Shown piece by piece: positions 58,600 to 64,000 of a stretch of 64,000 bases of DNA (positions are counted from its first letter, which is position 1; each line of letters starts with the position of its first letter). The DNA is from Thermoproteota archaeon. GTDB lineage: Archaea; Korarchaeota; JAOZGF01; JAOZFZ01. The DNA lies in contig JAOZFT010000004.1 of NCBI GenBank assembly GCA_027492035.1, forward strand, positions 64,001-128,000, written 5' to 3'. The position numbers and the translations under genes are program-made. Under the pieces are notes generated by a model. It did no database searches, was not told where the DNA came from, and worked only from the letters and a program-made list of their open reading frames with translations.

Positions 58600-58971
58600 T
58601 CAGAGGCTGTTCAGCCATTTAAGTAATTTGCTGCAGTTATAGCTTCTACGGCGATCAGAGATATTACACTCATGAATGAGTTCACAAGTGAAGCAAGGGG
58701 CACTCTTTATTAAAGAGTAATCATGAAGCACTTTTTCAGGAAAGAAAGGATGATACTTATTCCCTTCGCCGTTAACCAAAAACCCCTTCTTGAGAAGGAA
58801 GTTAATAGCTTCATTAATTTTTTCTCGGGAAATCTGAAGCTTTTTTTCTAAGTCTTTTACTGTTGCCCCTTTTCCGTTGTTGGTTTTACTTATTGCATGG
58901 TAAACATCTAAGTATGTCTCTATATCGATTTGACCCTTTTCCCCCTCCATTTCCTCCATTTCAAACCACAC
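58600..58971 (-). CDS. Transcription factor E beta subunit (RPC34-like wHTH plus Fe-S domain)
   Basis: wHTH followed by APCFTC....C.........C.KL.KWL four-Cys motif; next to trm1 and gar1. Confidence 0.75.
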   Translation of the reverse strand: MWFEMEEMEGEKGQIDIETYLDVYHAISKTNNGKGATVKDLEKKLQISREKINEAINFLLKKGFLVNGEGNKYHPFFPEKVLHDYSLIKSAPCFTCELIHECNISDRRRSYNCSKLLKWLNSL

Positions 58972-59065
58972 TCACCTTTGAAAAAATTTTCCCAAGAAAA
59001 AATTCAGCCAACAAACACCAATAAAAATTGTATTTGCTACAATATAAAAATATTAGGTTTAAAAA

Positions 59066-59269
59066 CTATGAATTTGATGATTGAACCAAAACGTACGGTT
59101 GAGAAACAGGGCCCAGTACATCTACCACTTTGCCTTTTAGGGTTTTCTCCCCCTTAACTGTTACTTTACTGAAGAGCTTGGGTACTTGGGAATGTTTTTT
59201 TAACTTGATAAGAAATTTACTTGGTTCAATTTCTGTCACAATTTCACCTTCAATAATTATGCTTTTCAT
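59066..59269 (-). CDS. gar1: H/ACA RNP protein Gar1
   Basis: GKVVDVLGPVSQPYVLV signature. Confidence 0.85.
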   Translation of the reverse strand: MKSIIIEGEIVTEIEPSKFLIKLKKHSQVPKLFSKVTVKGEKTLKGKVVDVLGPVSQPYVLVQSSNS

Positions 59270-59283
59270 TGCAAAAAACTTCC

Positions 59284-59571
59284 TCAGCCCTGCTTTACTA
59301 GTTTTTCCCCTATCAACTTAAGGATGTAGGTCTTACTCTGAACTTTTTTGACTTTTAATCTTCCTTTCTCGGTGAACCAAGTTCTTGGGTGTCTTTTATT
59401 TTCTTCCAAGATAGGGTTTAGGTTTAACCTTTGAGCTATTTGGAAGAGTTTTTGGGGGTCAGGGTTTCTAACTGACAATTTTTTCGGCACTTTTCTCCCT
59501 TTTTTCCTCGATTTCTTAGTATCAAAGTATAGGGGGTAAATGATGATGTATTTTCCCTTCTCCTCCTTCAT
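59284..59571 (-). CDS. srp19: Signal recognition particle 19 kDa protein
   Basis: IIYPLYFD..KSRKKGRKVPK, KRHPRTW, GR..V. Confidence 0.93.
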   Translation of the reverse strand: MKEEKGKYIIIYPLYFDTKKSRKKGRKVPKKLSVRNPDPQKLFQIAQRLNLNPILEENKRHPRTWFTEKGRLKVKKVQSKTYILKLIGEKLVKQG

Positions 59572-59960
59572 TCTTCTTCAACTTTGACCGCGTTTATAAC
59601 TCCGTTTTGGCCTGGTCGGCTTGTCACTCTTACCAAGCCCAAAGGAGTTGAGAGAATGGCTCCTTTAGTGATTACTTTCCTTCTTGTATAGATTTTGTTT
59701 GCAGGGTTTTCGATTAAGTCTTGTATCTTTGTTTTCTGTGTTTTCTTTGTTTTTGGGTCATAGACGTTCACTACCTCGTCTCTTAAAAGTTTAAATTTCA
59801 CTTGCCCCCTTTTCCCCTTTACTTTTTTAAGTTTTCTTTCCCCTATTTTAGTTTGGGTTGGATAAGACCCTATTAAGGCTTTCTTTTTCGTTTTTCTATG
59901 CCTTATAAACTTCTTCCCAGTTTTCGTCCTTCCTTTCACTTCACCATGATACACAGACAT
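59568..59960 (-). CDS. rps8e: 30S ribosomal protein S8e
   Basis: RTKTG, NPAN..Y.RR.VITKGAI, VTSRPGQNGVINAV. Confidence 0.95.
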   Translation of the reverse strand: MSVYHGEVKGRTKTGKKFIRHRKTKKKALIGSYPTQTKIGERKLKKVKGKRGQVKFKLLRDEVVNVYDPKTKKTQKTKIQDLIENPANKIYTRRKVITKGAILSTPLGLVRVTSRPGQNGVINAVKVEEE

Positions 59961-60057
59961 GCAAAAGACACCTTTTGTTTAAGAAATATTTTTTGATAAA
60001 GTCTTTTTAAAAGAGATACTTCCCAATTTAAAAAAATGGTAGTGTTTACTCGAGAAA

Positions 60058-61347
60058 CTATGAATAGGTTTTTAAACAATGAACTGAAATTCTTAATGAA
60101 GCAGCAAATAAAGCAAGCTCGAAAAGGCTGAAACCCATCTCGAATTTTGAAACAAGTTCACTTATTAGAATTAGGTAGGATGCTAGACAATGCTCTGCTT
60201 TTCTTAACCTGTAATTGAGTCCTAAAATAAATCCTAAAAGTAAGGGTAAGGAAATTAATTCAGCTAAACCACCATCCATCACGAAAGGAGCGAAAAAGGA
60301 TGCGGTTAACCCTTTATTTTTATGGCCAATGAAATGGCCTATTACTAAATTTGGGTGGTAGTAAGCTGTCCATACACGTAATCTGAGCCCTTCATAGCCG
60401 AAAGGCAAGCTCTTCTTCACTATTTTATTGTATAGACCTATATTTACTCCCAACCTGTAAAGTAATAGGTTAAAAGGGTTAGCTTCATTTCTCAAATTTC
60501 CGTATTGGGAAGAAGCCTTAAAAAAACCAAGCAAAGCCACTAAAGAAAACAGGATAGAAACAAAAAGAAATACTGAAAGTAGAGTTTTCCAGGAGAGGGA
60601 TTTTTTAGCCGTTAAAACTATAAAGAAACCTATTAAGAGGAAAGAGATTAGATCTACTCTGTAACCGTAACTTCCATAAATTAGGGCTGATAAGGCAATA
60701 AACAACACTTTGTTGAATGTTTTCTTTATTTTTTGGAGAGCTGCGGCATAAGTGAACACCCCATAGGCTCTACCTACTGTTGATAAGGGATAGTAAGTTG
60801 GTAAACCTTGAGAAGGAAATAAAAGTGGAAACTTTAACTGAGAAAGCAAAGGAAGGAGGAACATTATGGAGAAAATTGAGTAAAGAGAAAACGTAATCTT
60901 AGGAGAAAAATAAAGGAGATATTTAGATTCTTTATACCCTTTTATGTATTTCCTGAAGTAAAACGGCACCTTAAAAGATGATTCAAAACTGAACCAAATT
61001 GCAGCAGATATTAAGAAACTCTGGAAATCAAATAGTTTTTTAAAAAGGATTTCTGAAATCATGAAGCCTGAGATTACGAAGAAGATAAAGGATAAGAACC
61101 AAGACCTCTTTACCAGAACGAATTCTTTATTGAGCTTAATGTGCAAAGCCAAAAATAAACCGGAATAAATACTAGCCATGCCTAAAACAAAAGTAAAAAA
61201 TGTTTCTAAGGAGGGTTTATTGAAGTTGCTTAACCAATTGGAGGTTGGAGTCCAAAAAAAGGCTAATTCCGCCAAAGAAAGGTATAAAAGGAAGATAAGA
61301 AATGTGAGCAGGTATGGATTAATTAATGTTTCAGTTTTAAATTTCAA
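60058..61347 (-). CDS. Multi-pass membrane protein, oligosaccharide repeat unit polymerase (Wzy/DUF70-like)
   Basis: About 11-12 TMs, GYR motif, TASFFAPFVMDGG. Confidence 0.65.
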   Translation of the reverse strand: MKFKTETLINPYLLTFLIFLLYLSLAELAFFWTPTSNWLSNFNKPSLETFFTFVLGMASIYSGLFLALHIKLNKEFVLVKRSWFLSFIFFVISGFMISEILFKKLFDFQSFLISAAIWFSFESSFKVPFYFRKYIKGYKESKYLLYFSPKITFSLYSIFSIMFLLPLLSQLKFPLLFPSQGLPTYYPLSTVGRAYGVFTYAAALQKIKKTFNKVLFIALSALIYGSYGYRVDLISFLLIGFFIVLTAKKSLSWKTLLSVFLFVSILFSLVALLGFFKASSQYGNLRNEANPFNLLLYRLGVNIGLYNKIVKKSLPFGYEGLRLRVWTAYYHPNLVIGHFIGHKNKGLTASFFAPFVMDGGLAELISLPLLLGFILGLNYRLRKAEHCLASYLILISELVSKFEMGFSLFELALFAASLRISVHCLKTYS

Positions 61348-61348
61348 C

Positions 61349-62656
61349 CTAAACCCTCCTTTTCAATGAGCATAGGAATAGAGTAATAGAGATGAAGAGG
61401 TAGATGTAAACATTAAAATCTAATATTCCAGTTTCAATTCCTGGAACAAAGTAAGACATGAAAACAGAATAAGAAAAAATCGGAATAACTTTTCCTTCAT
61501 TTACTTTACTATGAATTAAACTTATAACTAGACCCATCAAAAGAAACTCAAGCAAAATTCCAGATAGGCCAAAATCAGCTAAGAATTGGCCGTAAATTGT
61601 GCAAGTTGAGGTGACACCTGCTTCAGCACCTATTAGGTTAGTTATTATGGACCTTGGTCCTATTCTTGGACCTGGCAAAAATTTAATAACACTTGTTATT
61701 GCTGAATATTGGACAGCACCCCTTGTGTACCCGTTAAAACCCACCCTTTTCAAAATCAGTTCTAAATTGTAGGTTGTAATTGTGGACCTGGAGAAAATAA
61801 GGGTGAGAAGCAGCAAGGGATTAGCCACCCCCCACCTTACTGAACTTACTGCAACATATACCGTTCCACCCATTAAGGCGGGAAGGAGGATATCGATAAA
61901 CCTAAGGGTGCCAGTCAGGTAGAGCACAAATATACCTCCTATTGCTTCCGCTAAAACGCCTGTCCTGAAACCTAAAAATGAAACCAAGATAAGGTTAACC
62001 AGGAAAAAGAAACCCAGTGAAACCCTAATTTTAGAGTTACTGTTTACAGAATATTTATTGCCATAAAAACACAAAATAAAAAGGGAGGAGGGAATAATTG
62101 TCCATGCTAGATAGGTAAAACGTACGTACTTGTAAAGATACCCCCTAAGCCCTGGCTGAAATAAAGGAATGCCACCTACTGCCCATAACAAGTAAAGTAA
62201 CGAAGAGAGAGAGAATAGGTAGAGGAGAATAAAGGAGCTAAGCAAAAATTTTCCAACTTCCCTCACCTTCATTTTTTGAAAAATTCTCCCTCCTATTTTA
62301 GTCCCCAGTAAAAAAGCAACTATTCCTGAAAAAATAACTGTTAACGCTTCTTTAGTGAGTTTAACACTTGATAAGGAGAAAAAGAGAAATATAAGGAAAG
62401 GGAGAAAAAGTGGGCTGAAAAGCAACCTTAAAAATTTACTATTTCTTTCTAAAATTGAAAAAGAAGAAGTTAACTTGACCCATTTTATGTCAACCCAACT
62501 AAACAGTTTAATCAAGCTGTCCAGAAAGGAGAGAATAAGGCAGCAAATAAGTGAGTGAAGCAAAAGGTTTTTAAGTGATAGAAAAAAATTAGTTGCAACC
62601 TTTAACAAAAAGCTTCTTTTGATGTCACTTTTCAATTTTTCGAGGAAGGAAGCCAC
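61349..62656 (-). CDS. Multi-pass membrane protein, oligosaccharide repeat unit polymerase (Wzy/DUF70-like)
   Basis: GGIPLF, LGFRT, GPR, TCTIYGQFLADFG, GIETGILD. Confidence 0.7.
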   Translation of the reverse strand: MASFLEKLKSDIKRSFLLKVATNFFLSLKNLLLHSLICCLILSFLDSLIKLFSWVDIKWVKLTSSFSILERNSKFLRLLFSPLFLPFLIFLFFSLSSVKLTKEALTVIFSGIVAFLLGTKIGGRIFQKMKVREVGKFLLSSFILLYLFSLSSLLYLLWAVGGIPLFQPGLRGYLYKYVRFTYLAWTIIPSSLFILCFYGNKYSVNSNSKIRVSLGFFFLVNLILVSFLGFRTGVLAEAIGGIFVLYLTGTLRFIDILLPALMGGTVYVAVSSVRWGVANPLLLLTLIFSRSTITTYNLELILKRVGFNGYTRGAVQYSAITSVIKFLPGPRIGPRSIITNLIGAEAGVTSTCTIYGQFLADFGLSGILLEFLLMGLVISLIHSKVNEGKVIPIFSYSVFMSYFVPGIETGILDFNVYIYLFISITLFLCSLKRRV

Positions 62657-62713
62657 TTCATTTCTCCTTTCCCTTTTATAAGAAAGCTTGAAGTTAAACT
62701 TATATTTTAAAGT

Positions 62714-63568
62714 TCAAGGTAGACTTGGAACAATTTTTATTTGATCTGTAAAAACTTTGCCCCTCACATTTTTAAGGTTTTCATGAATGACCTTATACCC
62801 ACGAACAGGGGACATTGCTTTTTCTGTACCGATGTAAATAAGCAATCTATTTGTGAGAACTTCCTTGTAACTTATATTAAGTTTGTCTAGTGAACGTTGC
62901 AGGAAATAAATTTCATTTTCCCTCCAATCTTTAAAATAAGCAGAGATTAATCCTTCACTGAAAACAAAATAAACTTCTCCTGTTAATGGAGCTTCCTCAA
63001 ACTCTGAAACAAGAGATTGATAGATGTAAGGGTTAGGTTTTAAATTAGGGACTGTCAATATAAGGACTCCTGTTATTTTGTAGGTTGAAACTCCGTATTT
63101 GCCAGCTATTTCTCTTGAAATAAAACTGAGAGTATTAACAAGCCCATCAATTGTATTGTTTTCCAAAAGATGCGTTCTAACTTTTATAACGGATTTGGAA
63201 GCTCCTTTAACTTCTAAGTTCTCAGCCGCTACGTCTTCTAAATAGGAAGCTGGACCTCCTACGGTTATAGTTTGGTTACGGTAAATTAGGTATATGGAAC
63301 CCGGGGCTGTTTTAGCTACTACACCTTCCCCATCAAAAAAGGAGCCATTACCTGTCCACTTACCCTTTACATGAAGAATTACCATGAATCCCTGGGACAT
63401 TATGTCATTTATTTCATCAACTGTAGTGTATATTGCAGTTCCTGGGTAATTATGAGGAGAAACCAAGTAGGAAACTTGGCCAAAAATAAACCATAACACA
63501 ATTAAGAGCAGAACAGAAATGATTGTTAAGTCAACCAGGTTTAGCTTTGAAAAAAAATATTTATTCAT
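62714..63568 (-). CDS. Membrane-anchored hypothetical protein
   Basis: 284-aa ORF with N-terminal TM after NLVDL; co-oriented with the two Wzy-like genes. Confidence 0.7.
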   Translation of the reverse strand: MNKYFFSKLNLVDLTIISVLLLIVLWFIFGQVSYLVSPHNYPGTAIYTTVDEINDIMSQGFMVILHVKGKWTGNGSFFDGEGVVAKTAPGSIYLIYRNQTITVGGPASYLEDVAAENLEVKGASKSVIKVRTHLLENNTIDGLVNTLSFISREIAGKYGVSTYKITGVLILTVPNLKPNPYIYQSLVSEFEEAPLTGEVYFVFSEGLISAYFKDWRENEIYFLQRSLDKLNISYKEVLTNRLLIYIGTEKAMSPVRGYKVIHENLKNVRGKVFTDQIKIVPSLP

Positions 63569-63600
63569 AAGAATCTGAAACTCAAAAAAATTAGGAGAGG

Positions 63601-64000
63601 CTACTCAGTTTCTTCCCCTCCCTCCTTACCTTCTTTGCCACCTGTTTTCTCTTCAACTCCTTTAGCAGCTAGAATATCATCTATTCGAAGAATCATTGTC
63701 GCTGCTTCAACTGCTGACTTGATCTCATGTTTCTTAACTCTCCAAGGCTCTATTACACCATTTTGGACCATGTCAACTACTTCACCCGAAAAGACGTCGA
63801 CGCCTGCATTTTTTACACCTTCCTTATGCTGCGAAGTCAGTTTACTCATTATTTCTATCGGGTCAAGACCTGCGTTTTCAGCAAGTGAGCGAGGTATTAT
63901 TTCCAGTGCATCTGCAAATGATTTAATAGCTAATTGCTCTTTACCACTAACAGATTCAGCGTATTTCTTAACCTCCTTTATTATTTCTGCTTCTACTGCA
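63601..64000 (-). CDS. ths: Thermosome (group II chaperonin) subunit, 3' part
   Basis: GKEQLAIKSFADALEIIPRSLAENAGLDPI...GVIEP.RVK...SAVEAATMILRIDD; frame continues beyond window end. Confidence 0.95.
   Translation of the reverse strand, partial: AVEAEIIKEVKKYAESVSGKEQLAIKSFADALEIIPRSLAENAGLDPIEIMSKLTSQHKEGVKNAGVDVFSGEVVDMVQNGVIEPWRVKKHEIKSAVEAATMILRIDDILAAKGVEEKTGGKEGKEGGEETE

Noticed and set aside
147-62558. Numerous 60-160 aa ORFs in the track antisense to or overlapping identified genes (e.g. 147..347, 1116..1307, 4006..4392, 37410..37871, 38823..39296)
   Set aside because: Shadow ORFs of well-supported genes on the opposite strand or frame, with no motifs.

Overview
AT-rich, gene-dense archaeal chromosomal segment. 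GGTGA/GGAGG ribosome-binding sites, many TTG/GTG starts, eS30, TFE-beta, Gar1, SRP19, Nop5/fibrillarin and thermosome point to a TACK- or Asgard-type anaerobe; the exact lineage is not determinable here. Contents: the 5' part of an smc gene with a mini-intein; a MacB/LolCDE-type ABC system; three tandem COG1665-like nucleotidyltransferases with nikR; an AOR-cooC-corrinoid-MtmB-like operon; a complete archaeal CODH/ACS set (cdhABCDE) with a second cdhDE pair; a beta-oxidation/ETF cluster; glmS and glycosylation genes; and an RNA-modification/ribosome cluster. Top finding: the ribosomal protein eS30 gene (55394..55575, missing from the ORF track) is interrupted by a 17-nt insertion inside a canonical bulge-helix-bulge motif. 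Cleavage at the standard positions restores the frame and the conserved HGSL motif, making it a candidate endonuclease-spliced mRNA intron. Other leads are a ~71-74 aa ORF fusing the CdhD N-terminal and CdhC C-terminal extensions, a pyrrolysine-free MtmB homolog, a short-armed SMC, an ETF-alpha lacking FAD motifs and a catalytically dead VapC. No rRNA, tRNA, CRISPR array or transposase was recognised. All calls come from manual motif recognition; no database search was run.
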